Counted from the first letter of the stretch, positions 14,917 to 24,402 are shown. The stretch is DNA of 64,000 bases from Spirochaetia bacterium (GCA_965243545.1 OZ251573.1:1970681-2034680); one strand, 5' to 3'. Made by a program: numbers and translations. Notes: a model not told the origin generated them from the sequence alone.

Positions 14917-15987
14917 CTACGGTGCCGCCCCGACCAGGGCTATGCCGGCCACGATCACGACCGCCGCGCCGATGCGCAGGACCGGCGCCCGCTCCCGCAT
15001 CAGCACCGCGCCGGCGGCCACGCCGAGCACGATGCTGAATTGCCGCAACGCCACCACGTAACTGGCGCGCTCGGACAGCTGGTACGCCCACAGCACCAGC
15101 GTGTAGGCGCCGGCCATGCTGAAGCCGGCCGCCGCCGTGCGCCAGTCGAGCGCAGCCCGCCACCGGGACCGCCGGGAGGGCCGGGACGCGCCGGTGGCCG
15201 CCGGCGGCGCCGGCCGCCGGCGCGCAGCGATCCGCTGCGCCGCCGCCAGCAGCCCCGCGTACAGGACGGTCGAGATGACGAACTCCCACATGCCGTAGCG
15301 GAATGCGTCGGCCAGCCCGCCGCCCAACTCGCGGCGCATCACCTCCGCCGCCAGCTTGTCGAAGGCCGTGTAGCCCACGGTGCCGGCGGCGGCCACCGCC
15401 GCCCACCCGATGGTCGGGTGCAGCCGGCGCGCCAGCCGGACAGGCGCCGCCGCGCCCCGGTCCGCTACGGCGGCCCCGCCTCCTGCGGCGCCCTGCTCCG
15501 CTGCCGTGCGCCCGTCGGCTGCCGCGGCCCCGCCCGCTACGGCCCGCCCGCCCGCTGCGGTCCGTCCGCCCGCCCCCGCGTCCCAGGAGATGACGATGCA
15601 GCCGGCTGCCACCAGGGCGAGTCCCAGCCACCCCGCCGGGCTCGGCGACAGGTTGCGCGCCAGGTCGAAACCGCCCAGGAACAGCACCGGCAGCGCCCTG
15701 GTCACCGGATACACGACCCCCATGTCCCCGGCGCGGTAGCCGAGCGTGAGTCCCAGGAAGTAGACCGCCTGCGCGCCGCCCGCGCCGAGCAGCAGCGGCC
15801 AGACGTGCGGCAGCAGGCGGGCGGCGAACAGCTCGGCAGACACCGCGATCAGCAGACCGGGCGCGCAGATGACCGCCAGTATCCGCAGGATCGTCGTCCA
15901 CGAATCGCTGCGCCGCTTGGCGATCAGATTCCAGCCGGCATGCAGGATGGTCGAGAACAACACCACGCCGGCGGCGAAGGGAGGCAC
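14917..15987 (-). CDS. EamA/DMT-family membrane transporter with internal Ala/Gly-rich low-complexity insert
   Basis: multiple predicted TM helices on both sides of a ~45-aa AGAGGRTAAGGRAVAGGAAAADGRTAAEQGAAGGGAAVADRGAA insert; overall EamA-like two-repeat layout. Confidence 0.5.
   Translation of the reverse strand: MPPFAAGVVLFSTILHAGWNLIAKRRSDSWTTILRILAVICAPGLLIAVSAELFAARLLPHVWPLLLGAGGAQAVYFLGLTLGYRAGDMGVVYPVTRALPVLFLGGFDLARNLSPSPAGWLGLALVAAGCIVISWDAGAGGRTAAGGRAVAGGAAAADGRTAAEQGAAGGGAAVADRGAAAPVRLARRLHPTIGWAAVAAAGTVGYTAFDKLAAEVMRRELGGGLADAFRYGMWEFVISTVLYAGLLAAAQRIAARRRPAPPAATGASRPSRRSRWRAALDWRTAAAGFSMAGAYTLVLWAYQLSERASYVVALRQFSIVLGVAAGAVLMRERAPVLRIGAAVVIVAGIALVGAAP
15380..15600 (-). repeat. 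in-frame short imperfect tandem repeats (GC-rich, encoding Ala/Gly-rich loop) inside transporter gene
   Basis: reiterated ccgcccgctacggc/ccgcccgctgcggtcc units visible in DNA; encodes low-complexity loop. Confidence 0.4.
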
Positions 15988-16032
15988 GCTACCTTACGGC
16001 CGCGTCAGGCCGGCGCCCGGTTGGTGTACGCC

Positions 16033-16581
16033 ATGGCCGGAGTCTACACTCCCCCCGTGTTGATCGGCGCCCTGCTCCTGGGCCTGCTGAGCGCGGCGCC
16101 GGCCTTGGCGTCCGCCTCCGGCGAGCAGGAGACCGGCCAGGTGGTGGTGCTGATCACCGACCATCGCCTGGCGATCGATGACTTCACGGAGCTGATGGTG
16201 ACCGTGGACGGCGTGCGCCTGCACCGCCGCGGCGCGCGCAGCGACCAGGGCTGGCTGTCGATCACGGTCGAACCGCAACGGATCGACCTGACGCGCTACA
16301 AGGATGGCGCCACCGTCGAGCTTACCCGCCAACGGGCGCCGGCCGGCCGGTACGACGCGGCGGAGGTGCTGGCCTCGGCCGCCGATGGCGCCGTGCGTGG
16401 AGGCGGCCGCGTGCAGGTGCCGCTGGAGCTCACCCCGGCGCGGACCGAAGTCCGCGTGCGCGCCGATCAGGTGACGCTGGTCACCTTTGATCTCGTGGTG
16501 CACGACGTGCGTGATCACCCCGGCAAGACGTGGGCGATCATGCTGGAAGAGGTGCGGGTCGAGCACCGGGACGGCGGCTGA
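16033..16581 (+). CDS. hypothetical secreted protein (signal peptide)
   Basis: MAGVYTPPVLIGALLLGLLSAAPALASA signal-peptide-like N-terminus; C-terminal part of an otherwise spurious 605-aa ORF. Confidence 0.45.
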   Translation: MAGVYTPPVLIGALLLGLLSAAPALASASGEQETGQVVVLITDHRLAIDDFTELMVTVDGVRLHRRGARSDQGWLSITVEPQRIDLTRYKDGATVELTRQRAPAGRYDAAEVLASAADGAVRGGGRVQVPLELTPARTEVRVRADQVTLVTFDLVVHDVRDHPGKTWAIMLEEVRVEHRDGG

Positions 16582-16652
16582 CCGGCCGCTTGCCACGGTC
16601 CCGGGCGGGCGCCCGCGCCCGCGCGCCGCGGTTTCGTGGCATACTGTCGAGC

Positions 16653-17702
16653 ATGATCGGCAACTTTGGTGAGTTCCGCGTCTCCAACGACGCGCTGCCC
16701 GACGCCGGCGAGCTGCGGCAACGCATGGCCGCCGACGGCTACCTGTTCTTCCGCGGCCTGCTGGATCCCGGCCGGCTGCAGGATCTGCGCCGCCGGATGC
16801 TCGAAGTCATAGCGGCCGGCGGCTGGCTGGCGCCCGGCACGGAGCCGATCGCCGGCATCGCCAACCCGGCAGTGCGCTGCACGGAAGGCGACCTTTCCTA
16901 CGTCGACGTCTATCACCAAGTCTACCGGCTGGAGAGTTTCCACCGCGCCGCTCACTGGCCGGCGGTTCTGGACGTGCTGGCCAAGGTGATCGACGGGCCG
17001 GTGTTCGCGTTCCCGCAGAAGATCGCGCGGCTCTGGTTCCCGCAGTTCACGGAACACACCACGCCCATTCACCAGGACTTCGTGCACTTCCAGAGCAGCA
17101 TGGACGTCTATTCGTGCTGGCATCCGGTCGGCGACTGCCCGCGCGAGCTGGGCGGATTGGCCGTACTGCCGGGATCGCATCGAGTCGGGCGGGTGGTCGA
17201 TCACCACTTTTCGCTCGGCGCCGGCAGCCTGACCGTCGACCCCGCCGAACACCCCGACGGCTGGGTGTCGACCGACTACCGGGCCGGCGACGTGCTGTTC
17301 TTCCACTGCCTGACCATCCACGGCGCGCTGCCCAACGTCACCCCGGACCGGCTGCGAATATCGCTCGACAACCGCTATCAGCGCCTCGGCGCGCCGGTCA
17401 CCGCCCACATGCTCGAACCGCATCTGTCGAGCCACCGGCCGCTCTCCTGGGATCAGGTCTACGCCGGCTGGAGCGGCTCCGAGGATTTGCGGTACTACTG
17501 GCGCGAGCATGAGCACGAATTCGACGTGATCGCCAAGGACACCAGCTTCCAGGAGCGGGGCTTCGCCGAGGCGGTCGCGCAGGCGCAGGACGGCGACCCG
17601 CTGGCGCGCCTGCACCTGCAGCGCATCGTCGACATGAGCCCGGACACCGAGCCGGGCCGGGAAGCCGCGCGCGTGCTGGCCGCCGCGCCGGCCGCTCCCT
17701 GA
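16653..17702 (+). CDS. phytanoyl-CoA dioxygenase (PhyH) family Fe(II)/2-oxoglutarate oxygenase
   Basis: start MIGNFGEF; HQDFVHFQ (HxD) ... HGALPN; length ~350 aa typical of PhyH family. Confidence 0.7.
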   Translation: MIGNFGEFRVSNDALPDAGELRQRMAADGYLFFRGLLDPGRLQDLRRRMLEVIAAGGWLAPGTEPIAGIANPAVRCTEGDLSYVDVYHQVYRLESFHRAAHWPAVLDVLAKVIDGPVFAFPQKIARLWFPQFTEHTTPIHQDFVHFQSSMDVYSCWHPVGDCPRELGGLAVLPGSHRVGRVVDHHFSLGAGSLTVDPAEHPDGWVSTDYRAGDVLFFHCLTIHGALPNVTPDRLRISLDNRYQRLGAPVTAHMLEPHLSSHRPLSWDQVYAGWSGSEDLRYYWREHEHEFDVIAKDTSFQERGFAEAVAQAQDGDPLARLHLQRIVDMSPDTEPGREAARVLAAAPAAP

Positions 17703-17732
17703 GCGCTACGCTACCCGCCGCCGGGCGGGCGG

Positions 17733-18395
17733 CTACGCGGATTCCGCCCGCGCCCGCACCGTGCAGTGGACCCAGTGCGGGTCGGTGCGGAACTCGGGCG
17801 GGGGCTGGCCGGCGGCGCGCAACTCGCGGCGCGCCGCCGGTATTCCGAATCCGTAACGCTGCACCAGGCCGAGCACTCGCATCGCTTCCGCCAGCACCGG
17901 ATTGCGGTAGTCGATCACCCCCGGAGTGCCGAAGTTCTCCGGGGTCAGGGCGCCGTACGGACCGCCGGGGCTGTTGATTTCGATGCGGTCGTCGAACCAG
18001 TACACCTGCACCGGCGCGTTGGTGCCCTCGTAGGCGCGGTGCATCACGGCGTTGCGCACAAGCTGCTGCAGCGCGTTCAGCGGATAGGTGGAACGGCGCG
18101 TCTCGGTCGGCCCGGACAGGAACTCCACCACGGTGCGGTTGTGGGAGATCAGCTTGTCATCCAAGCGCCGCACCAGATCGGCGACCGACCCATCGCAACG
18201 CGCCTCGTCGATCACGTCGCCGCCCCATTCCCGTCCGCCGACGCGCAGAAACTGCACGTAGGCCCCCGGCAGGTAGCGCTGCGGCTGCCGCCCCAACACC
18301 AGCATCCCGGCCACCGTGGGCGTCGGATCGTCCACCGCCACGATCATCTTGGCCGCAACGAGCCACTCCTCGGCAGTCCGATCGTTCGCCTTCAA
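17733..18395 (-). CDS. HATPase_c_4 / AlbA_2 (Schlafen-like) family ATP-binding protein, apparently N-terminally truncated remnant
   Basis: RNAVMHRAYEG (NAxxHRDY-type motif) and GMLVLGRQPQRYLPGAYVQFLRV (end of AlbA_2 domain); only 220 aa versus ~450-500 aa for full-length members; only ~170 bp separates it from next gene. Confidence 0.5.
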   Translation of the reverse strand: MKANDRTAEEWLVAAKMIVAVDDPTPTVAGMLVLGRQPQRYLPGAYVQFLRVGGREWGGDVIDEARCDGSVADLVRRLDDKLISHNRTVVEFLSGPTETRRSTYPLNALQQLVRNAVMHRAYEGTNAPVQVYWFDDRIEINSPGGPYGALTPENFGTPGVIDYRNPVLAEAMRVLGLVQRYGFGIPAARRELRAAGQPPPEFRTDPHWVHCTVRARAESA

Positions 18396-18567
18396 GTCTT
18401 CGCGCTGACCGCCGCCGGCAGATATTCGTCCATGAAACGCCCCACCAGCAGGTCGCGTAGCCCCGCCTGCGCCCCGGGCACTGGCTCGACGTCGTACGAA
18501 TCGAAGGCCAGTTCGGGGGCGGAATAGGGGTCGCTCATCGGGCCGCCGGCGGCGCGCGGGCGCGGGT

Positions 18568-20367
18568 CTACTGCAGGTCCATGCGCACCGAGGTCACGGC
18601 GCCGAACGGGTCGCCGGCCTGCAGCCGGGCGCGCGCGGCCCGGTCGCCCTTGAGGTACCAGTCGAACCACGCCCGCGCGTACCAGTCGCGGATCACGTGC
18701 GGCAGGTACACCTCTTCCCCGGCCGCGGTGGCCGTCCAGCCGAGCTCGGTGTAGGTCTCTGCCGGCGGGCCGGGCGGACCGAACGCCGCGGCGCCGGTCG
18801 GCTTGCGCGGCCGCTCGGGCGCCTGCGCGAACGGCAGCTCGCCGCGCTGGAACGCGGGCCACGGGTAGTCCCGCGCGAACTCGTCGACCAGCGTGCCGTG
18901 ATTGGTGTCGCGCACGATCACCAAGCCGCGGTCGCCGGCGGCGCGCAGCCAGCCGCTCAGCGCCACCGGCTGCGGATTGTCGATCCGGTCGGGCGCGGCG
19001 CGCTCCGGGGCCAGCGGAAAGGCGACCGCCGGATCGCCGCCGGCGGCGGCTACCTGCGACTGAAACAGGCCGACGAACACGCCCTGCACGAACGCATCTT
19101 CGTCGCCGATCATCTGCAGCACCGGTTTGCGGCTGCCGACCGGCAGCCCGTCGCGCTCGCCGGCGCCGAACATCTCCTCCGGCGTCCAGGTGAACGGCGG
19201 CGCGTTGTTGATCCCGAACGCGGCGCTCACCCCCGGCACGTGGTTGACGCTCAGTTGCGCGGTCATGGAGCCGAGGGAGTGGCCGGCGACGCCGACCTTG
19301 CCCTGGTCGATCCGCCCCGCCAGCAGGCCGCACAGGTCGCGCGCCGCGGTGGTCGCGCCGAGCGCCGCCAGCGAAGTCCGGCACGCCGGGGCGTCCGCCC
19401 CCAGCAGCCGCACCGTGCGGATCAGCAGCGCCACGTCGGCCACGCGCTGGCGGAACAGATTTTGCATCATGGTGGTGGCCCGCTCCACGCCGCCCGGCGC
19501 CAGTCCGGCGGCGGCGGGGTCGAAGTCCTGCGGCGGACCGAAGCCCATCTCCTCCATCCCGAACAGGAACCGGTAGAAGTAGGGCACCACCTTGAACTCG
19601 CTGAAGATGGTCCGGTAGGCGCTTTGCACCTCGGCCGGCGACTTGGCCGCGGCGAACGGCGAGTCGGGGTCGTGGAACACCAGCGGCATGCCGCCGTCGG
19701 AGATGAAGGTCGGCGCCGCCACCACGTACCCGTGCGAGGCGAGAAACTCGCCCAGGGTGTTCCACATGGCCAGGGTGCCGCCCAGGCCGTGCGCCAGCAC
19801 GATCAGCGGAAAGCGCCCCGCGGCGGGCGGCGCGCCGAGCCAGGCGCCGCGCGGCGCGGTGACCAGGCGCCGGCTCAGCTCGGCCATCACCTGACCCTGC
19901 GTGGCCTGGTCGGCCTCGGCGAGCGCGCCGCCGCCGGTCACCCGTAGCAGGTTCGGGTCGATCGGCAGGCCGCCGGCCAGCGCCTGGCCGAGCGCCCGGT
20001 CGCCGAAGAAGAAGTCGAGGTAGGTGGCGCGCTGGCCGGCGGCGGCGGCCAACGGCGAGCGCGGGCCGGCCACGCGCCCGGCGGCCGCGTCGGCCGCGGC
20101 GGGGTACCAGAGGTGGAACACCACGGTGCGCCGCTGCCCGGTCGCCTCGACTTCGCGCACCAGCTCGCGATAGGCGGGACTGGCGTAGGCGGCGGTCCAC
20201 GGGTCGAAGCGCTGCTGGTCATCAACGGCGAATCCCAGCGCCGAGCCGACCGCGTAGTCACCGTAGGCGGCGCTTGGCGGCAGCTCCTGCATCTGCGCGG
20301 CGGCGGGAAGGGCGAACAGAGAGCCCATCAGAACGGCGGCGGCCAGAGTACGGGCCAAAGTAGTCAT
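18568..20367 (-). CDS. secreted alpha/beta hydrolase (PAF-acetylhydrolase/lipase-like)
   Basis: signal peptide MTTLARTLAAAVLMGSLFALPAAAQ; nucleophile elbow GHSLGS; LAHGLGG oxyanion-region. Confidence 0.6.
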   Translation of the reverse strand: MTTLARTLAAAVLMGSLFALPAAAQMQELPPSAAYGDYAVGSALGFAVDDQQRFDPWTAAYASPAYRELVREVEATGQRRTVVFHLWYPAAADAAAGRVAGPRSPLAAAAGQRATYLDFFFGDRALGQALAGGLPIDPNLLRVTGGGALAEADQATQGQVMAELSRRLVTAPRGAWLGAPPAAGRFPLIVLAHGLGGTLAMWNTLGEFLASHGYVVAAPTFISDGGMPLVFHDPDSPFAAAKSPAEVQSAYRTIFSEFKVVPYFYRFLFGMEEMGFGPPQDFDPAAAGLAPGGVERATTMMQNLFRQRVADVALLIRTVRLLGADAPACRTSLAALGATTAARDLCGLLAGRIDQGKVGVAGHSLGSMTAQLSVNHVPGVSAAFGINNAPPFTWTPEEMFGAGERDGLPVGSRKPVLQMIGDEDAFVQGVFVGLFQSQVAAAGGDPAVAFPLAPERAAPDRIDNPQPVALSGWLRAAGDRGLVIVRDTNHGTLVDEFARDYPWPAFQRGELPFAQAPERPRKPTGAAAFGPPGPPAETYTELGWTATAAGEEVYLPHVIRDWYARAWFDWYLKGDRAARARLQAGDPFGAVTSVRMDLQ

Positions 20368-20574
20368 CGCTCAACAGTGGTGCCCCGGACTCCCGGCCCC
20401 TGTCAAGCTATCCGGCCAGGACGGCGCCAGCCGCCCGGCCACAACGTCGGCGTGGTTGTCGGCTTCCGTTGCCGCGCCGCCCTATCACCGCCACGCCTTC
20501 CGCCTGGGAACCGCTGCCCGGCGGCCGCAAATAGTCACGCCATTCTCACCGGGTTTGTAGCCGCCCCCGCGCCG

Positions 20575-21759
20575 TCATGCGTGCGCCTCCCCTGTCATCA
20601 GCCGGTGCGGATACCAGCCGCCGCCCCCCGGCACGATCCGCCCGCGGCGCACGGTCGCCGCGGCGCGCAGGCAGCGCGTTCCGAGCCGGTCCGTGCCCAT
20701 GCTGTCGGTGAACACGAAGTCGCCTTCGCGCTCCTCCAGCACGGCGATGTCCGCGCGCGTTCCCGGCCGCAACGTGCCGATGTCGTGATCCCGGAGCAGC
20801 GCTTTGGCCGGCGCCAGGGTGGACCGTTCCACCACCTGCTCCAACGACAGCCCCATGTGCAGAAACTTGGACATGGTGGTGGGCAGGTCGAACACCGGGC
20901 CGTTGACGTTGAGCGTGTGCAGGTCGGTGCTGATGGTCTGCGGCAGAAACCCCTGGTCGATCGCCGCCTCGGCGACCTCCCACTGGAAGCTGCCGGAGCC
21001 GTGCCCGATGTCGAAGATCACGCCCCGGTCGGCGGCTTCTCGCACCTGCGGCCAGACGCGGCCGTCGCGGTCCAGGATGCGTTCGGAACCGCCCTTGAAG
21101 CAGTGGGTGATGCAGTCGCCCGGCTCCAGCAGCTCCAGTATCTCCGGCACCGGCATCGGCGTGTTGCCGATGTGCACCATCAGCATGGTGCGGGACTCCC
21201 GCGCCGCGGCGACCGCGTCCCGGAGATTGGCCCACCCGGCCTCGCCGGCGCCCATCAGCCTCGCGGTGGCGCGGATCTTCACGCCGACCGCGACGCGCGG
21301 ATGCGCGCGGATGGTGGCCACCACGCCGTCGGGATCGGCCAAGGCGCGGTCGAGCAGCTCGCCGGTGCGGTTGAACGTCGCCAGCCCCAACGCCGACAGG
21401 TGGATCAGCGCCAGCACCTCGGTCTGCGCGGGGACGATCACGTCCCGCAGGAAACCGGGGAAGTTGTGGCTGCCGGCGCTGCCGGTGTCGAGCATGGTGG
21501 TCACCCCGCCGGCGGCGCAGAGCGGATCCGGGTCCAGGCCGAGCGTGGTGTGGTCCCGGTACGCGTGCACGTGCAGGTCGATCAGGCCCGGCATGACCAG
21601 CCGCCCGCGCGCGTCGATCACGTGGCGCGCCTGGCCGGCCGGCAGCTGCGGGCCGATCTCGGCGATGCGGTCGCCGGCGACGGCGACGTCGAGCTGCCCG
21701 CGCAGCCGCTGCGACGGGTCGATCACCTCGCCGCCGGCGATCAGAACGTCGTACTTCAC
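20575..21759 (-). CDS. amidohydrolase-family metallohydrolase (dihydroorotase/deacetylase-like)
   Basis: KYDVLIAGGEVIDP..HVHA metal-binding start of amidohydrolase fold; GTG start at 21759 with GGGGGAG RBS. Confidence 0.6.
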   Translation of the reverse strand: MKYDVLIAGGEVIDPSQRLRGQLDVAVAGDRIAEIGPQLPAGQARHVIDARGRLVMPGLIDLHVHAYRDHTTLGLDPDPLCAAGGVTTMLDTGSAGSHNFPGFLRDVIVPAQTEVLALIHLSALGLATFNRTGELLDRALADPDGVVATIRAHPRVAVGVKIRATARLMGAGEAGWANLRDAVAAARESRTMLMVHIGNTPMPVPEILELLEPGDCITHCFKGGSERILDRDGRVWPQVREAADRGVIFDIGHGSGSFQWEVAEAAIDQGFLPQTISTDLHTLNVNGPVFDLPTTMSKFLHMGLSLEQVVERSTLAPAKALLRDHDIGTLRPGTRADIAVLEEREGDFVFTDSMGTDRLGTRCLRAAATVRRGRIVPGGGGWYPHRLMTGEAHA

Positions 21760-21868
21760 CTGCTCTCCCCCTGTACGCGCCCCATCATGCACCGGCCGGC
21801 GGGCGCGTTGCGACCGCGGCGTTTGCGCCGCGCGCCGCGCCGGGAGTATCATCGGTAGAGGGATACCG

Positions 21869-22699
21869 ATGGCGGCGCTTACGGAACGGATGGAAACGGT
21901 CGAACACCGGGTCGGCGACCTGGAGTCGACGCTGGTCCGCTACATGACGCACACCGAGCAGATGTTCGAACGCATGGAGGCGGAGCGAGCGAGCGATCGG
22001 GAAGAGTCGGCCCTGCACCGCGCGGCCATGGAAAGCACCGTGCAGGCGTTGGGCCACAGAATGCAGGAGTTGGGCCACACCGTGGAGTTGTTGGGCCATA
22101 CCGTGGAGGTGTTGGGCCACACCGTGAAGGAGTTGGGCCATACCGTGGAGATGTTGGGCCACAGCACGCAGGCGTTGGAACGCACCGTGCAGGAGATGAA
22201 GCAGGAGTCGGCCCGGGACCGCAGGGAGGCGTACCGGCGTTGGGGTGAACTGGCCAACAAGATGGGCACCGTCGTCGAGGACATCGTCGCCCCCAGCGTC
22301 CGCCGCCTCGCCCGCGACCTGTTCGACTGCGGTGACGAGCGCTACTTCGCCACCCGCGTGCAGGTGCGCCGTAGCGACGACCCGTCGCGGTCGCGGGAGT
22401 TCGACGCGCTGTACGTGGGCGCCCGCGCCGTCCTGCTCAACGAGACCAAGTCCTCGCCCCGCAGCGAGGACGCCAAGGCGTTCGCCGGCTTTCTGCAGCA
22501 GCAGGAGTTCGGCCGGTACTACCCGCAGTACCGCCATCTGCCGATCGTGCCGGCGTTCTCATCGCTCAGCTTGCCCGACGATCTGGTGACCTATCTGACC
22601 CGCCGCGGCATCTACGCGCTGGCGATGGGGGACGAGGCGATGCAGGTGCTCAACTTCGACGCGGTGAAGCGTCGCCCTTCGGGTCAGGTCAGCCCTTGA
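21869..22699 (+). CDS. hypothetical protein with N-terminal coiled-coil heptad tandem repeats (LGHTVEx) and C-terminal putative PD-(D/E)XK-like domain
   Basis: ATG at 21869 with GAGGG RBS; seven ~21-bp in-frame repeat units; C-terminal FDALYVG...AVLLNETK fits D...(E)xK nuclease motif spacing. Confidence 0.5.
   Translation: MAALTERMETVEHRVGDLESTLVRYMTHTEQMFERMEAERASDREESALHRAAMESTVQALGHRMQELGHTVELLGHTVEVLGHTVKELGHTVEMLGHSTQALERTVQEMKQESARDRREAYRRWGELANKMGTVVEDIVAPSVRRLARDLFDCGDERYFATRVQVRRSDDPSRSREFDALYVGARAVLLNETKSSPRSEDAKAFAGFLQQQEFGRYYPQYRHLPIVPAFSSLSLPDDLVTYLTRRGIYALAMGDEAMQVLNFDAVKRRPSGQVSP
22049..22195 (+). repeat. 21-bp in-frame tandem repeat (~7 copies, ttgggccacaccgtggagnnn)
   Basis: directly visible: ttgggccacagaatgcaggag / ttgggccacaccgtggagttg / ttgggccataccgtggaggtg / ttgggccacaccgtgaaggag / ttgggccataccgtggagatg / ttgggccacagcacgcaggcg. 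Confidence 0.85.
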
Positions 22700-23900
22700 A
22701 GCCGGCCTGGGCGTTCGACTGGCCAATGCCGCGCGCGACCGGTTCCGTCAGCCAGCGTTCCGCCGCCGCGCTCAGGTAACGTTCGCCGGTTTCGGCGCCC
22801 AACCGGTCGAAGGGGCGCCAGCGCTCGGCGCCGGGCGCTCCCCCGTCGGCGCGCCGCAGCTCTTCGTGCGGGCAGGCGTAGACCCGGCAGACGTCGGCCG
22901 ACCCGTCACCGACCAGGTAGTCGCCCACGTAGCTCACCCACGGCAGATCGCCGCCGAGCTGCGTCCCGGCCGCTCCCATCAGCGCGTCGATCACGTTGTC
23001 GTCGTCACTGCCGACCCGCTTGGGGGCCGGCTGCGCCGCCCCGCCGGGCGCCATCGCCGCGCCGTTCGGCCCTTCCAGCAGCAGGAACCGCTCGTCCGCC
23101 TCCACCAGCAGCCGGGTCTGCGCGATGCGTCCCTCGCTGCGGTTCTCCAGCAACGCCGATCCGGCCGCGTCGAACAGCTCGGCCGAGTGCTCCCGGAACA
23201 GATACGGCCCGCACCCCGGCGGCGCGCTGCGCGCCCGGTACTTGTTGTAGACCCCGAAGCGGAGCGAGTCGGACCGATTGCCGGGCGCCTGATGCCAGGT
23301 GAACATGTCCATGAAGGCGACCTGACCGCGGCGCAGGCGCGTGTCCCGGAACGGGCGCAGCTGGTCACCCCGCGCCCGTTGCACGTGCGTGATCCGGCCC
23401 CGGCGCGCCAGCGTGGGAATGCGGTGCGACCCCGGCGACACCCGCAACGGGCCGACCTGATCGGTGTAGTCGACCAGCGGCACGATCACGAACAGCCAGC
23501 GTAGCGACGATCCGACCGGGCGGTACGGCTTGTAGTCGCAGTGCGCGGACTCGTGGGTCCCCTTGTAATCGCCGCCGGTGCCCGGACTGCCCGGCGGCAT
23601 GGCGTAGATCACGAACGCCGACAGGCGAATCTCGTCTTCCAGCAGCTCGGCGGCGGCGGCCGTCACCTGCGGGTGATCGACCACCCGGCGCACGTCGGCC
23701 AGGCGCAAGCTGTCCTCCGACAGGGTGTACTTGCCCGGCGCCGGAAAGCGCCGGCCTGCGCCGACGTGGCGTTGCGCCTCGAATTCGGAGCGGGCGGCGG
23801 CCGCCAGCCGCTCGATCTCGGCGCCGTCCATCAGGTCCGGCACGACCAGAAAGCCGTCGTCGCGGTAGCGGGCGATCTGCGCGGCGCTCAGGACCGCCAT
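22689..23900 (-). CDS. phytanoyl-CoA dioxygenase (PhyH) family protein with ~150-aa C-terminal extension
   Basis: start at MAVLSAAQIARYRDDGFLVVPDL (PhyH N-terminal signature); HCDYKP...H motifs; track ORF N-terminal 71 aa judged non-coding. Confidence 0.6.
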   Translation of the reverse strand: MAVLSAAQIARYRDDGFLVVPDLMDGAEIERLAAAARSEFEAQRHVGAGRRFPAPGKYTLSEDSLRLADVRRVVDHPQVTAAAAELLEDEIRLSAFVIYAMPPGSPGTGGDYKGTHESAHCDYKPYRPVGSSLRWLFVIVPLVDYTDQVGPLRVSPGSHRIPTLARRGRITHVQRARGDQLRPFRDTRLRRGQVAFMDMFTWHQAPGNRSDSLRFGVYNKYRARSAPPGCGPYLFREHSAELFDAAGSALLENRSEGRIAQTRLLVEADERFLLLEGPNGAAMAPGGAAQPAPKRVGSDDDNVIDALMGAAGTQLGGDLPWVSYVGDYLVGDGSADVCRVYACPHEELRRADGGAPGAERWRPFDRLGAETGERYLSAAAERWLTEPVARGIGQSNAQAGFKG

Positions 23901-23980
23901 GTAACCAAGCCTCTCACCGTCTCTTCCCCCTTTGCGTTGCGGACCGCCACAGAGTAACAGATTCTGCGCGGACGTGGCGC

Positions 23981-24008
23981 TTGACGCCGCGCGGGCGCAT
24001 GGTATGGT
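23981..24008 (+). promoter_or_regulatory. putative sigma-70-like promoter (TTGACG-N16-TATGGT) giving a near-leaderless transcript for the VOC gene
   Basis: TTGACG at 23981-23986, TATGGT at 24003-24008, ATG at 24015. Confidence 0.35.
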
Positions 24009-24014
24009 GAATGG

Positions 24015-24383
24015 ATGAAGAATCCGGTAGTGCACTTTGAGATACGGTCGCAGGACCCTGCGGCGCTGCACGAGTACTACGCCGAGCTGTTCGACTGGCG
24101 GATCGACCATCATGAGGCGATCGACTACCGCGTGATCAGCACCAAGGACGAAGGGGATCGGGCCGGCATCAACGGCGGCCTGGGAGCAAGCGGCGGCGCG
24201 CCGAACACCGTCACCTTCTACGTGCAGGTGGACGACATCGAAGAGCGGTTGAAGAAGGCGGTCGAGCTGGGCGGCAGGGAGATCATGCCGGTGACGACCA
24301 TCCCCGGCGCGGTGACGTTCGCCATGTTCGCCGACCCGCAGGGCAACTGCGTCGGTCTGGCGGCCAGCCAGACCCCGGACTGA
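24015..24383 (+). CDS. VOC-family (glyoxalase/bleomycin-resistance fold) protein
   Basis: 122 aa, MKNPVVHFEI...GAVTFAMFADPQGNCVGL typical VOC beta-alpha-beta-beta-beta module. Confidence 0.7.
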   Translation: MKNPVVHFEIRSQDPAALHEYYAELFDWRIDHHEAIDYRVISTKDEGDRAGINGGLGASGGAPNTVTFYVQVDDIEERLKKAVELGGREIMPVTTIPGAVTFAMFADPQGNCVGLAASQTPD

Positions 24384-24402
24384 GCCTCGGCTCCGAAGGA
24401 GG

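Noticed and set aside
14764-16032. Upstream 420 aa of the 605-aa + ORF
   Set aside because: Arg/Pro/Ala-rich and antisense to the EamA transporter. Only the C-terminal 183 aa starting at a signal peptide look genuine.
18392-20200. 602-aa minus ORF
   Set aside because: Alternate frame of the alpha/beta hydrolase gene. Arg-rich.
20113-21858. 581-aa + ORF
   Set aside because: Antisense to the hydrolase and amidohydrolase genes. Junk composition.
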